NCBI GenBank assembly: GCA_017511205.1
Contig: JAFWLE010000007.1
Location: 367 to 64,366 of the forward strand
From: Candidatus Saccharimonadota bacterium
Lineage (GTDB): Bacteria > Patescibacteriota > Saccharimonadia > Saccharimonadales > Saccharimonadaceae
DNA length: 64,000 bases
Reading direction: 5' to 3'
This document shows, piece by piece, positions 17,886-28,800 of this stretch (position 1 is its first letter; each line of letters opens with the position of its first letter). The notes under the pieces were generated by a model, which saw nothing but the letters and a program-made list of their open reading frames with translations, was not told the origin of the DNA and did no database searches. The translations under genes and the position numbers were made by a program.

Positions 17886-18503
17886 TTAGCGTGAGTAATA
17901 CTCAACGATTAATTGTTCATTAATGCCGGCTTCCGCTTCTTCGCGTTTCGGAAGACCAGTAATTTCAATCTTATATTTCTTCGCGTCGACCTTCATCCAG
18001 GAAAGTGGCGTAGTGTTCGCCGCCCCGATGACATTCGGAAGATTCTTGAAATATTCGGTTTTTACCGATTTTGGACGAACCTCTAGAACATCACCCGGGT
18101 TCAGGCGAATTGAAGGAATATCAATTCTCCGACCGTTCAAGGTAAAGTGTCCATGCGAAACTAATTGGCGTGCCTGCCGACGAGTCAAAGCAAATCCCGC
18201 GCGGAAAACGACGTTATCAACTCTTCTTTCCAAAAATTCCAAAAGCTTCTCGCCAGTTAAGCCATCTGCTTTTTGGGCTTCACCCATTAATTTCGCAAAT
18301 TGTTTTTCGAGTAAACCATACATTCGGCGCACTTTCTGCTTTTCGCGTAATTGCGTCAAATATAGGCTACCACCTCTTGCTCTTTTATCGCCGTGTTCAC
18401 CTGGAATCCCAGATTTTTTCGCCATTACCTTATGGGCTTTTGGCGCGAGCGCAAAACCTTCACGACGACTCTGTTTTACAATTGGAGTAATGTCCCTTGC
18501 CAT
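17886..18503 (-). CDS. rpsD: 30S ribosomal protein S4
   Basis: 205 aa. It has LREKQKVRRMYGLLEKQF and an S4 RNA-binding domain (RVDNVVFRAGFALTRRQARQLVSHGH). Confidence 0.95.
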   Translation of the reverse strand: MARDITPIVKQSRREGFALAPKAHKVMAKKSGIPGEHGDKRARGGSLYLTQLREKQKVRRMYGLLEKQFAKLMGEAQKADGLTGEKLLEFLERRVDNVVFRAGFALTRRQARQLVSHGHFTLNGRRIDIPSIRLNPGDVLEVRPKSVKTEYFKNLPNVIGAANTTPLSWMKVDAKKYKIEITGLPKREEAEAGINEQLIVEYYSR

Positions 18504-18934
18504 TATGGTTTCCTTTCTCCCTTTGGTCGCACACCACCATGCGCAATCGGGGTTACATCGGTAATACTATCGATTTTTATACCAACCGTCGAAATTGCTC
18601 TAATCGCCGCATCACGGCCTAGACCAATCCCAGAGACATAGACATCCACTGAATTCAACGCGTGGTTTTTCTTCGCAATTTCTAAGGCCTTTTCAGCCGC
18701 AACTCCAGCTGCAAAAGCTGTCCCCTTTTTAGAACCGCGAAAACCATTCGCACCTGCCGATGAAGCAGCCAGCACACCGCCAGACTTATCCGTCACACTA
18801 ATAATCGTGTTATTGAATGTTGCCTGAATATGTACTGCGCCACTATTTACAATTCTTTTACCTTTTTTAGCCTGTTTCGACTTAGGAGCTTTTGACTCAA
18901 CAGTCTCAGGCACTGTAATATTTTCTTCTGCCAT
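18503..18934 (-). CDS. rpsK: 30S ribosomal protein S11
   Basis: The core is HIQATFNNTIISVTDKSGGVLAASSAG...GSKKGTAFAA, with an N-terminal extension. Confidence 0.95.
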   Translation of the reverse strand: MAEENITVPETVESKAPKSKQAKKGKRIVNSGAVHIQATFNNTIISVTDKSGGVLAASSAGANGFRGSKKGTAFAAGVAAEKALEIAKKNHALNSVDVYVSGIGLGRDAAIRAISTVGIKIDSITDVTPIAHGGVRPKGERKP

Positions 18935-18943
18935 TTATCCTCC

Positions 18944-19330
18944 TTAAGTCTTACTTGCTGCCTTTGGTTGTGCACCACCGACCGCGATCGCCTTGCCCTT
19001 ACGAGTACGTGCATTCGTACGAGTACGTTGGCCGTTGACTGGTAATTTAGCCTTGTGGCGGATACCCTTGTAAGAATTAATGTCTTTAAGACGTTTGATA
19101 TTATTGCTCACGAGGCGCTTCAAATCACCCTCGACCCGATATTTCGCGGAAATAATGTCGTTGATTTTTTGTTCGTCAGCCTCGGTGAGATCTTTCACCC
19201 GAGTGGTAGGCTCGATTTTAGCCTCCGCAAGGATGGCTTTTGAAGTCGTGCGCCCAATTCCGTAAACATAAGTAAGAGCAATCCATACTTGCTTATCGGA
19301 AGGAATCACGACACTAGCTATTCTAGCCAT
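18944..19330 (-). CDS. rpsM: 30S ribosomal protein S13
   Basis: The N-terminus [26 protein letters not shown] is typical of uS13. Confidence 0.95.
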   Translation of the reverse strand: MARIASVVIPSDKQVWIALTYVYGIGRTTSKAILAEAKIEPTTRVKDLTEADEQKINDIISAKYRVEGDLKRLVSNNIKRLKDINSYKGIRHKAKLPVNGQRTRTNARTRKGKAIAVGGAQPKAASKT

Positions 19331-19333
19331 ATT

Positions 19334-19450
19334 TTAACCCTGCCTTTGCTTATTCTTAGGTTTTTTCTTGTTGATGACTCTAAGCACACCCTTCCGGCGT
19401 ACTATAATGTCATCCGGGGAAATCTTTTTAACACTCGCACGTACTTTCAT
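19334..19450 (-). CDS. rpmJ: 50S ribosomal protein L36 (38 aa, cysteine-free form), not in the ORF track
   Basis: My hand translation is [38 protein letters not shown]. It occupies the canonical slot between infA and rpsM, and the stop lies 3 nt before the rpsM start. AGGAAAGGA is upstream. Confidence 0.85.
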   Translation of the reverse strand: MKVRASVKKISPDDIIVRRKGVLRVINKKKPKNKQRQG

Positions 19451-19569
19451 AGTGTCAAAATGTCCTTTCCTTTTTATACTCCAAAGTTTTCAAATCATAC
19501 TCGTATGATTTTTCGATTTTTACCTCTGTAATTTTACAGTTGTAAAAAACATACTCCAGAGCTTTAATA

Positions 19570-19794
19570 TTAATCCTTGAGCCGAAAGCTGATTCTACCC
19601 TTTGTAAGATCGTAAGGGGTTAACTCAACCTCAACTCTGTCACCCGGAACCAAACGAATATAGTTTTTTCGCATGCGTCCACTCATATGGGCAACAATAA
19701 CATGACCATTCTCGAGTTCAACCCGAAACTGGGTATTCGGTAGAGCTTCAACAACACTACCCGTGAGCTTAATCACTTCCTTTTGACTAGCCAT
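19570..19794 (-). CDS. infA: Translation initiation factor IF-1
   Basis: 74 aa. The S1-like fold sequence is [55 protein letters not shown]. On the minus strand, TTTACA, 17 nt and TACAAT (with TGn) lie upstream. Confidence 0.95.
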   Translation of the reverse strand: MASQKEVIKLTGSVVEALPNTQFRVELENGHVIVAHMSGRMRKNYIRLVPGDRVEVELTPYDLTKGRISFRLKD

Positions 19795-19853
19795 AAATTA
19801 CTTCTCAATTGTAGCACATAAAAACACTATTGTAAAGGCCAAAATTCCACTTT

Positions 19854-20546
19854 TTATTCCAAAACTAGCACCGCTCTCACAAACTGACGCGAAAGATAAG
19901 TCTGCCGACTTTGCGACCATTCACCCGTACAAGAAATCAAAGTCAGCGATTCAATTCCTTCTTCTGGCGACTGAGCCGCCTTAGCCATATAACTGTCCGA
20001 ATCGTTCAAAGAAATCGAAACGCTCTCGACTACACTATATTCAAACAAGACTCCATCACCCCGTTCAATCTGCAAAATATCCCCCGCCATCAAATCTGGC
20101 AGCCTTTTAAAAACGCCAGTCTTAGTCGGACCACCATTATGCCCATCGATAATCATCGTACCACCTTGCCCAGGTTTACTAGACCCTTCATACCAACCCA
20201 CGTCAAAAATATTACGTGGTGTATCTAGCTCACCTTTAGAGTTTACTCCCATCGGTAAAACTCTAGCGTTCTTCACCCCAAGTTTATCAATCGTTAAATA
20301 ACGCGGCCGATCCGGTGCCACATTATAATCTTTAATCGCTTCTTCAGTTGGCTCCGTCTCGTCTAGCTCCGGCGGTTCGTCGGCTGCCTCAGCTACTGCT
20401 CGTTCACTACCTTCTTTTTCGTCATAATAAGCATTTTCAAAACTAATCACCCGAATCAGGAAAATCAAAAGAAAGAGCGCCACTAACCCCCAGAAAACCC
20501 AAGTGGCAATTCTTCGCCAACCCTTAATTCTCAAGCTCATCGCCAA
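19854..20546 (-). CDS. Sortase-family transpeptidase (class F-like) with an N-terminal TM anchor
   Basis: It has the His motif IIDGHNGG, the TLxTC-type motif LTLISCTG, and the distal Arg in RQFVRAVLV. It sits where adk-map normally lies between secY and infA. Confidence 0.75.
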   Translation of the reverse strand: MAMSLRIKGWRRIATWVFWGLVALFLLIFLIRVISFENAYYDEKEGSERAVAEAADEPPELDETEPTEEAIKDYNVAPDRPRYLTIDKLGVKNARVLPMGVNSKGELDTPRNIFDVGWYEGSSKPGQGGTMIIDGHNGGPTKTGVFKRLPDLMAGDILQIERGDGVLFEYSVVESVSISLNDSDSYMAKAAQSPEEGIESLTLISCTGEWSQSRQTYLSRQFVRAVLVLE

Positions 20547-21954
20547 AATCGTCGTATGTTACCATCAATGCCCTAGAGTCTATCGACCGTAGATTCTCTA
20601 GCGCCACCGTCACTACAATGAGAAGCCCGGTACCAGAAATCGAAAGGCCAAGCGGCGAACCAGTTGTCAAAATGAAGATATAATCCGAAATAAACGGCAA
20701 CATTGCAATAAACCCTAGCGATAGAGCTCCAAACAAATCCAAATGGTTTACTACCTTACTAAGATACTTTGCCGTGCTAATCCCTGGCCGTACACCCTCG
20801 ATAAAACCACCTTGCTTTTGCAAATTGTCCGCAATTTCTTTTGTATTAAAGATAATCGAAGTATAGAAATAAGTAAACATAAATACTAGTAAGAAGTAAA
20901 GTGCTGGATAAACAAACCATTGTGCTGTGATACCATCCGGATACAGTGTCGCAAAATTGCTAGCCGAAGGCGCAGAAAAGACCGTCGTCAAAGTTTGACC
21001 AATCTCATTCTCAGCATCAAAGGTCGTAATCACCTGCCCCACGAGTGCCGGCAAAGACAAAAATGCCGTCGCAAAAATCACCGGAATCACGCCCGCCGCA
21101 ATCAACTTAATCGGTAAAATCGATTTAATCCCGCCATAAGACGAGTTTCCGTGCACCCTCTTAGCATAATTAATTGTAATAATTCGCTGCGCTTCGTTCA
21201 ACTTCACCAGGATAAATATCACAATTAACATAATTAAAGCAAATACCACAAACCCCCAGAAAATCGAAGCTTGCACCGGAAATTCCATGCCAAAAAGATT
21301 CAGGTTAATCTCGTCTATAATCGCCAGCCGCGCTGTGAGCGAGCCCATCATTGAAGGAAGTTGCGAAATAATGGAAGCAAAGATGAGTGTAGAAATACCA
21401 TTACCAATACCCTGCTCCGTAATTAGCTCACCCAACCACATCAAAATCACTGAACCAGCTGTCATTGCCGTCACCGAAAGTGCCCAATCGCCAAACGTCG
21501 GCGTGAAGTCCGAAGCTACATTAGCTGCCACCGTAGATTGATACAAAATAAAGATATAAGCGATTGACTGAATAATCGCTAGAGGTACTGTTAGAATACG
21601 GGTCCACTGATTAATTTTACGACGACCCACTTCGCCATCATTAGATAATTCTTCGAGCGAAGGAATCGCTTTGGTAATTAATTGCACTACAATCGAAGAG
21701 GTAATATAAGGCGAGAGACCAACCAAAATTATACTAAACGAAGCTAGGCCACCACCAGAAATCATATTGAGAAAACTCGAAAAATCAGACTTATCTAAAA
21801 GATTCGTCACGGCTTCCTTAAAAGTCGCAGCATCACCCATTGGCACTGGAATTTGTGCCAAAAAACGATAGGCCACCAAAATGCCAAAAATCACCATCAC
21901 CCGCTTCAGCATGTCTTTATTTTTTAGAGATTTGAAAATATTCTTGAAATGCAT
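20524..21954 (-). CDS. secY: Preprotein translocase subunit SecY
   Basis: 476 aa and about 10 TM helices. SecY motifs include GGGLASFSIILVGLSPYITSSIVVQL and ISTLIFASI. Confidence 0.95.
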   Translation of the reverse strand: MHFKNIFKSLKNKDMLKRVMVIFGILVAYRFLAQIPVPMGDAATFKEAVTNLLDKSDFSSFLNMISGGGLASFSIILVGLSPYITSSIVVQLITKAIPSLEELSNDGEVGRRKINQWTRILTVPLAIIQSIAYIFILYQSTVAANVASDFTPTFGDWALSVTAMTAGSVILMWLGELITEQGIGNGISTLIFASIISQLPSMMGSLTARLAIIDEINLNLFGMEFPVQASIFWGFVVFALIMLIVIFILVKLNEAQRIITINYAKRVHGNSSYGGIKSILPIKLIAAGVIPVIFATAFLSLPALVGQVITTFDAENEIGQTLTTVFSAPSASNFATLYPDGITAQWFVYPALYFLLVFMFTYFYTSIIFNTKEIADNLQKQGGFIEGVRPGISTAKYLSKVVNHLDLFGALSLGFIAMLPFISDYIFILTTGSPLGLSISGTGLLIVVTVALENLRSIDSRALMVTYDDFGDELEN

Positions 21955-22001
21955 AATTACCTCTTATTCTGTACTATATATAATATACCACACTAGGAAT
22001 A

Positions 22002-22031
22002 AAAAATAAAGGCTTTACAGCCTTTATTTTT
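22002..22031 (-). terminator. Intrinsic terminator after rpoC that also separates rpoBC from secY
   Basis: The hairpin is AAAAATAAAGGCT-ttac-AGCCTTTATTTTT. It overlaps the rpoC stop codon and has a T run on the minus strand. Confidence 0.75.
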
Positions 22032-25000
22032 TATAGATTCTCTAGATCCGCTTCGGTGGGTACTTTAGAGTCTGAAGTCTCAAAATCTTCAATCGGTCTT
22101 ACACCAGTTCCCACTGGAATCTTCCGACCAATGATCACATTCTCCTTCAGGCCTTTCAGATGATCAACCCGACCATTAATTGCCGCATTGATTAACACCC
22201 GAGTAGTATCCTGGAAGGAAGCTGCCGAAAGGAACGAATCTGAGAAGATCGAAACCTTCGTAATACCAAGTAGTAGGTTGTTATAGGTAGCCGGCTTCTT
22301 ACCGCTTTCCTCAAGTTCCTTATTCTCGCGAATCACTGCTGCTCTAGACGTGATATCACCAGAGACAAAGGTAGAATCACCCGGATCGACAATCTGTACT
22401 CTAGAGAACATTTGTCGTACCAAAATCTCCAAGTGCTTTGGTGAAATCTCGTGACCCTGCGCTGCATAGACAGACAAGACGTCGTTCATAATGTAACGCT
22501 CAGTCGCTTCAGTCCCCTTGTATTTCAAAAGATCTTGCAAGTTGAGAGAACCAGTCGTCAAACGATCGCCAGCCTTTACCGAATCGTTAGATTTAACCAC
22601 CAATTCCGCATCGCCAGGAATCTCTAACCTGACGGAAGCCGATGGAGCCGCTACTAGGATAATTGCATCCTTCACTAGCTCCACAATGCCCTTCTGTGAA
22701 GCCTTCACGGCTAACTTCTTACCGTCTTTTTCGATTAAGACATCACCGGCCTTCACTGATTCACCATCCTTCTTAGCTGGTTTCCGGCCATCTAACGGAA
22801 TTCTTTCAATCACGCCAGACTGAGCCGAAATTCGCACCACATAATGATTGCCGTCTTCCCAAACTTCCACTACACCATCAATTGGCGAAACGTAAGCTTG
22901 ACCTTTTGGTGTCCGAGCTTCTAGAAGCTCCTCTACACGCGGAAGACCTCTAGCGATAGCACCAGAACCAGCCACACCCGAACCGTGCTTAGTATCAAGT
23001 GTCAGCTGAGTACCTGGTTCACCTAGAGATTGTGCTGCAATTACGCCAACTGGCTCATTAGCAGATACTAGCGACCTTGTAGACATATCTACACCGTAAG
23101 CCTTACGTGGAATACCGTCTACTGCGGTGGTCGAAAGAATCGATTGAATCTTCACGCCATCAATCTTTTCATCTGCCTCAATCTGCTCTGCCATTTCTTT
23201 AGTGATAAGTTCGTCAGCTTCTAGATAACCTGGCACTGCTTCAGCCGTATAACGACCTCTAATCCTTGCGCTAAAGTCAATACCAGAAGCCTCAGTCTCA
23301 TTACGATAGACCATGAAACCAGGATCTTCTGCTACTTCATCGGTCGTAAACACATCTTGCGACACATCAACTAGACGACGTGTAAGATAACCAGAATCTG
23401 CCGTACGTAGAGCCGTAGACACCTGACCCTGACGTGCACCTCGCGTAGCAATAAAGGACTCCAAAGTATTTAAACCTTTCTTATAAGAAGATTTTACCGG
23501 AAGCTCAATCTCATTGTTGTTAATATCCACCATGATACCGATTTCTGCCGAAGCGAGCTTAATGTTCGAAATGTTACCACGAGCACCAGAGTTCACCATC
23601 ACTGCAATATCTGTATCCATTTCAGATAACTTGTCTTGCAGGAAATCTGAAATCTTTTTATCGATATCACGCCAGTTAGCAATCGTTAGCTTATAACGCT
23701 CTTCTTCAGTCACCAAGCCATCATTGTATTGCTGCTGAATCAAAGCTGTCTTAGCATCACCTTCTGCAATAAAGTCCTCAATCTCATCGTAAGTCGGATA
23801 ATCATCCTTAGCCGTAGAAATCGAAGCAATCGTTTCATATTCAAAGGCAAGATCCTTCAAGGCATCCGCAGTCTTAACTGTAACTTCTGGTCCATAAAGA
23901 TCAAAGATATCTGCCATCACCTTCGAAAGATGTTTCTTAGTCTGTACGCCATCATCATATGGATAATCTTCTGGTAATATTTCGTTAAAGATTACCCGAC
24001 CAAGCGTAGTATTTCTAATTTCCTTCTTCGCAAAGACCCGGATTGGAGTTTGCAAAGCAATGATACCATGATCATAGGCCATTTCAGCCTCGTAAACCGA
24101 CGAAAAGGCTTTCGGCTCGCCCTGATCAGTACCAGGCTTGTCATAAGTTAGATAATAAGCGCCTAACACCACATCCTGGTAAATCGCTAGGACTGGCGAA
24201 CCATCTGCTGGCTTCAAAAGATTCTTATTTGCCGCCATCAATTCCTTAGCTTCCGCCTGTGCTGCATCCGAAAGTGGTAGATGTACCGCCATCTGATCAC
24301 CATCGTAGTCAGCGTTAAAGCCCGAAGCTACTAATGGATGAAGCTTAATAGCTTTACCATCAATCAATCTTGGCTGGAAAGCTTGTACTGAAAGACGGTG
24401 CAGCGACGGAGCACGGTTCAAAAGCACGTACTTACCTTTAATCACATCGTCAAGTGCATCCCAAACCACTGTTTCCTTAGCTTCAATCAATCTTGAAGCT
24501 GCCCGGATATTATTAGCGTACTCATTACTGATAAGCCAAGAAATCACAAATGGCTTAAAGAGCTCAAGTGCCATTTGTTTCGGCAAACCACACTCCGTAA
24601 GCTTTAATTCCGGACCAACTACAATCACCGAACGGCCAGAGTAATCCACCCGTTTACCGAGTAAGTTCTGGCGGAAACGCCCCTGCTTACCTTTGAGAAG
24701 GTCAGACAAAGATTTAAGTTTCCGACGACCATTAGTTGAATTAGCTCCCCTTGAACCATGAGTAGCCGAGTTGTCAATCAGGGCGTCCACCGCTTCCTGC
24801 AGCATCCGCATCTCATTGCGGCAAATCACTTCTGGCGCATTTAAGTCAAGTAGCTTCTTCAACCGGTTATTACGGTTAATTACACGACGATACAAATCGT
24901 TCAAATCTGAAGTTGCAAATCTACCACCAGGCAGTGAAATCATTGGGCGTAGATCTGGTGGAATCACTGGGATCACTGTGAGGATTAAATCAGTTGGCTT

Positions 25001-25864
25001 AATATTAGCCGCCTGCATTCCTTCGAGCGTCTTCAAACGCTTTTGGATCCTCTTCTCCTTCTGCCCTTTGACTGTTTGTTCTTCAGCCCGTAATTTTTCA
25101 ATCAAATTATCGAGGTCAATATCGTCTAACAGCTTCTTAATCGCCGTAGCACCCATCTCTACCTCAATCAAATCTTCATATCCTTCTGGTAAATTACGAT
25201 ATTGTACTTCCGAAATCGTACCACCTTTGACAAACGATTCTAGAAGTGTCTTTTTAGCTTGGTAATCTTCCTCTAACTCATCTAATTCTTTCGTCTGAGC
25301 ATCTGCCAACGCTTTTACATCTGCATCTTTAACCTTAGATTCTTTTTGATAACGTAAACGAATCGCTTCACGCGCAGCCATCGTTTGGTTTTCTAATTCC
25401 TCTAAACGCTTATTTATTTCATCCGTTTTAGCGTCAGTGATGAGATAAGTCGCAAAGTAAACCACTTTTTCAATATTCTTCACCGAAATATCTAGAAGTA
25501 GCGACAAAGCGGAAGGAATCCCGCGCATAAACCAAATATGCGCCACCGGAGCCGCCAAAGCAATATGCCCCATCCGTTCACGTCGCGCAATCGACTTAGT
25601 GACTAGGTTACCTTCTTTATCAACTGCCGCTTCACGGCTTCTTACACCCTTCAACTTAGAATCGTGAGGATTAATATCCTTGGTTGGACCAAAAATCCTT
25701 TCACAGAACAAACCATCACGTTCTGGCTTTTGGGTACGATAGTTAATGGTTTCTGGCTTTGTTACTTCACCGTAGCTCCAATTCAAAATATCATCACGAC
25801 TCGCTACTGATAAACGAATGGAATCAAAGTCAGATGCTGAAATAAAATTATCCATCCAAGCCAT
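22031..25864 (-). CDS. rpoC: DNA-directed RNA polymerase beta-prime subunit
   Basis: The catalytic motif NADYDGDQMAVHLPL is present. The start is set at MAWMDNFISASDFD (25864), 1 nt after the rpoB stop. Confidence 0.97.
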   Translation of the reverse strand: MAWMDNFISASDFDSIRLSVASRDDILNWSYGEVTKPETINYRTQKPERDGLFCERIFGPTKDINPHDSKLKGVRSREAAVDKEGNLVTKSIARRERMGHIALAAPVAHIWFMRGIPSALSLLLDISVKNIEKVVYFATYLITDAKTDEINKRLEELENQTMAAREAIRLRYQKESKVKDADVKALADAQTKELDELEEDYQAKKTLLESFVKGGTISEVQYRNLPEGYEDLIEVEMGATAIKKLLDDIDLDNLIEKLRAEEQTVKGQKEKRIQKRLKTLEGMQAANIKPTDLILTVIPVIPPDLRPMISLPGGRFATSDLNDLYRRVINRNNRLKKLLDLNAPEVICRNEMRMLQEAVDALIDNSATHGSRGANSTNGRRKLKSLSDLLKGKQGRFRQNLLGKRVDYSGRSVIVVGPELKLTECGLPKQMALELFKPFVISWLISNEYANNIRAASRLIEAKETVVWDALDDVIKGKYVLLNRAPSLHRLSVQAFQPRLIDGKAIKLHPLVASGFNADYDGDQMAVHLPLSDAAQAEAKELMAANKNLLKPADGSPVLAIYQDVVLGAYYLTYDKPGTDQGEPKAFSSVYEAEMAYDHGIIALQTPIRVFAKKEIRNTTLGRVIFNEILPEDYPYDDGVQTKKHLSKVMADIFDLYGPEVTVKTADALKDLAFEYETIASISTAKDDYPTYDEIEDFIAEGDAKTALIQQQYNDGLVTEEERYKLTIANWRDIDKKISDFLQDKLSEMDTDIAVMVNSGARGNISNIKLASAEIGIMVDINNNEIELPVKSSYKKGLNTLESFIATRGARQGQVSTALRTADSGYLTRRLVDVSQDVFTTDEVAEDPGFMVYRNETEASGIDFSARIRGRYTAEAVPGYLEADELITKEMAEQIEADEKIDGVKIQSILSTTAVDGIPRKAYGVDMSTRSLVSANEPVGVIAAQSLGEPGTQLTLDTKHGSGVAGSGAIARGLPRVEELLEARTPKGQAYVSPIDGVVEVWEDGNHYVVRISAQSGVIERIPLDGRKPAKKDGESVKAGDVLIEKDGKKLAVKASQKGIVELVKDAIILVAAPSASVRLEIPGDAELVVKSNDSVKAGDRLTTGSLNLQDLLKYKGTEATERYIMNDVLSVYAAQGHEISPKHLEILVRQMFSRVQIVDPGDSTFVSGDITSRAAVIRENKELEESGKKPATYNNLLLGITKVSIFSDSFLSAASFQDTTRVLINAAINGRVDHLKGLKENVIIGRKIPVGTGVRPIEDFETSDSKVPTEADLENL

Positions 25865-25865
25865 C

Positions 25866-28800
25866 TTAGAACTCCTCTCCGAGATCAACAGTACCATCAT
25901 CTTCGTCAATCTCTTTTATCTCGATACCCTCATCAGCAAGCATTGCCTCGGCCTCGGAATCATCCAAGTCGAGAATCTGCGGCTCAGTATCCTTTTTATG
26001 CTGATCATAGATGGATTGATCATCTTTGTCTTTTTCAATATCTTTCGAAGTTTTCTCAATTGCATCACTTGCATCCGCCGATTCACCGTGATCCAGAAGA
26101 TCAACTTTGAGGCCTAAGCCTTGCAACTCCTTTACTAGGACATTAAAGCCTTCTGGAAGCTTTGGCCCTTCAATCGGTTCATGCTTAATAATTGATTCAT
26201 AGGCCTTCGCACGACCATACACATCATCAGATTTAATGGTAAGCATTTCCTGGAGCGTAGTCGCAGCACCATAAGCTTCGAGTGCCCAAACCTCCATTTC
26301 CCCGAAACGCTGACCACCATTTTGCGCCTTACCACCGAGCGGCTGTTGTGTCACCATAGTGTAAGGACCAGTCGAACGAGCATGAATCTTATCTTCTACC
26401 ATATGGTGTAGTTTCAGCATATGCATCACGCCTACACTAGTTCTTTCGTTAAATGGTTCCCCAGTCAGACCATCATAAAGTTGTACTCTACCATCGCGTG
26501 AGAAACCAGCTTTTTCTAGCTCTTCTGAAATCTTTTCATCTGGCACCCCGTTAAATGACGGTGTAGCCACTTTGTAACCAAGAGCCTTCGCCGCCATACC
26601 AAGGTGAATTTCAAAGAGCTGACCGAGATTCATACGTGAAGGCACACCCATTGGCGAAAGAATCACATCAATTGGTGTCCCATCTTCCATAAATGGCATA
26701 TCTTCTACTGGCAAAACCCGGGAAACCACGCCCTTGTTACCGTGACGGCCAGAAAGCTTATCACCTACCCCAATCTTACGCATTTCAGCTACGTAAATCT
26801 TAATCTGCTTAATCACACCGGCTTTAAGCTCATGACCCTGTTCACGCGTATAAACTCTAACATCCACGACTTTACCCGTCGACGAGCCATTCATTCTCAC
26901 AGAAGTATCGCGTACGTCCTTAGCTTTCTCACCAAAGATTGCACGAAGCAGTCGCTCTTCTGAGCTTAACTCCTGCTCACCCTTCGGTGTAATTTTACCA
27001 ACCAAGATGTCACCATTCTTCACTTCCGAACCCACCATCACGATACCATCTTCACCAAGATGTCTCAATGAGTGCTCCGAAACATTCGGAATATCCCGTG
27101 TTACTTGCTCTGGGCCAAGTTTAGTTTCACGTACTTCCACATCGAAATCTTGAATGTTAATCGAAGTCAGAGTATCATCCTTCACCAAACGGTTCGAAAT
27201 CACGATCGCATCATCCATGTTGTAGCCCCGCCATGGCATAAAGGCTACCAGAAGATCCCGACCGAGTGCGAGTTCACCATCGTGAATGGAGGCTCCCTCA
27301 ATCAGAGAATCACCCTTCTTTACCTTCTGGCCACGAGCCACTACGGTATGTTGATTATAACAACGATCATCGTTGGTCTTTTCAAAATGTTGCAATTTGT
27401 ATTCTTTGTCACCGCCCTTGTCGTAGGTTACAATTACACTCTCACCATCGGCTTTCTTTACAGTACCAGTACCAGAAGCCATGATAAGCTGCGGGGTATT
27501 CTTGGCGATTTCCCGCTCAATACCAGTACCTACCACTGGATTATCGTGCTTTAGAAGAGGCACTGCCTGCTTCTGCATCGCACAGGCCATCAACGAACGG
27601 TCAACCCGGTTCTTCTCCACAAATGGAATTAGAGATGCTGAAACACCCAAAATCTCCTTGTGTGCTGCATCAGTATGTGTTACTTTTTTGGCTTCAACCT
27701 GTGCCGGCGCTCCATGCACACGAGCTGAAACCCAGTCTTCTACAAATTTACCATTTTTGTCTAATTTTACCGAAGCATCCGCGATAATCATATCGTTCTC
27801 AGTATCGGCATCCATATAAACAATTTCATCAGTCACTTTGCCATTCTTCACTACTCGGTAAGGCGCTTCAATGAAACCGTATTTATTAATCTTCGCATAT
27901 GTGGCAAAGTTCAACACCAAACCCACGTTACCCCCTTCTGGCGTTTCTACGGTACAAATTCTACCATAATGAGTCGGGTGCGCATCACGCACATCAAAAC
28001 CAGCCCGTTCACGAGTGAGGCCACCAGGACCCATCGAGCTGAGACGACGCTTATGTGCTAATTCAGAAAACGGGTTCACTTCGTCCATTAGCTGTGAAAG
28101 TTGCGAGGTAGCAAAGAATTCTTTCACGGCTGCCACTACTGGACGTGAATTCAAAAGCTGCGACGGCGTCACATCATCAAGACTAGCCATTGACATCCGA
28201 TCTAAGATATTGCGTTGTAAACGTAGCATCCCTAGACGGAATTGTCTTTGAACCAATTCGCCAACTAGTTTTACCCGACGATTGCTGAGCGAATCGATAT
28301 CATCTGGTGCTTCTTGTGTATTATTCAAGCGAATAATTTCAGCTACAATCGCAACCACATCTTTCATCTGCAAGGTGCGAAACTCAGGTTTGTTTGGCGT
28401 ATCAAATCCGAGTCTACGATTTATCTTAAACCGACCCACATCAGAATAATCATAACGCTTCGGATCAAAGAAGGTCCTCTCGATCATAGATTTCGCGTTT
28501 TCAACCGTCGCAAGATCACCAGGACGCAATCTACGATAAACTTCAAGTAAGGCTTCACCCTGTGTAGAAGTCGTATCCTTCTCTAGGGTCGCCTCAATAT
28601 AGCTCTTTTCACCGTTATCGACTTTCTCAAACTGCTTTTTAATCTCTGATTGCGACATACCAAGAGCCCGAAGGAAAGTCGTTACTGGAATCTTGCGTCT
28701 ACGGTCAATCTTCACATACATCGCTCCAGTTGCCGAAGTCTCAAACTCGAGCCAAGCACCCCGACTTGGAATCACCTTGGCACCGTAGTAATTACGTAGT

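Noticed and set aside
17923-18564. 213-aa plus-strand ORF, with a 106-aa ORF at 18170-18490
   Set aside because: These are antisense to the unmistakable rpsD and rpsK genes and have no SD or promoter. They are typical shadow ORFs.
24771-25265. 164-aa plus-strand ORF. Similar antisense ORFs lie in rpoB (27072-27554), the 868-aa gene (47639-48139) and the Pro-rich gene (52466-52927).
   Set aside because: Each lies entirely antisense to a well-supported long gene and has an implausible composition.
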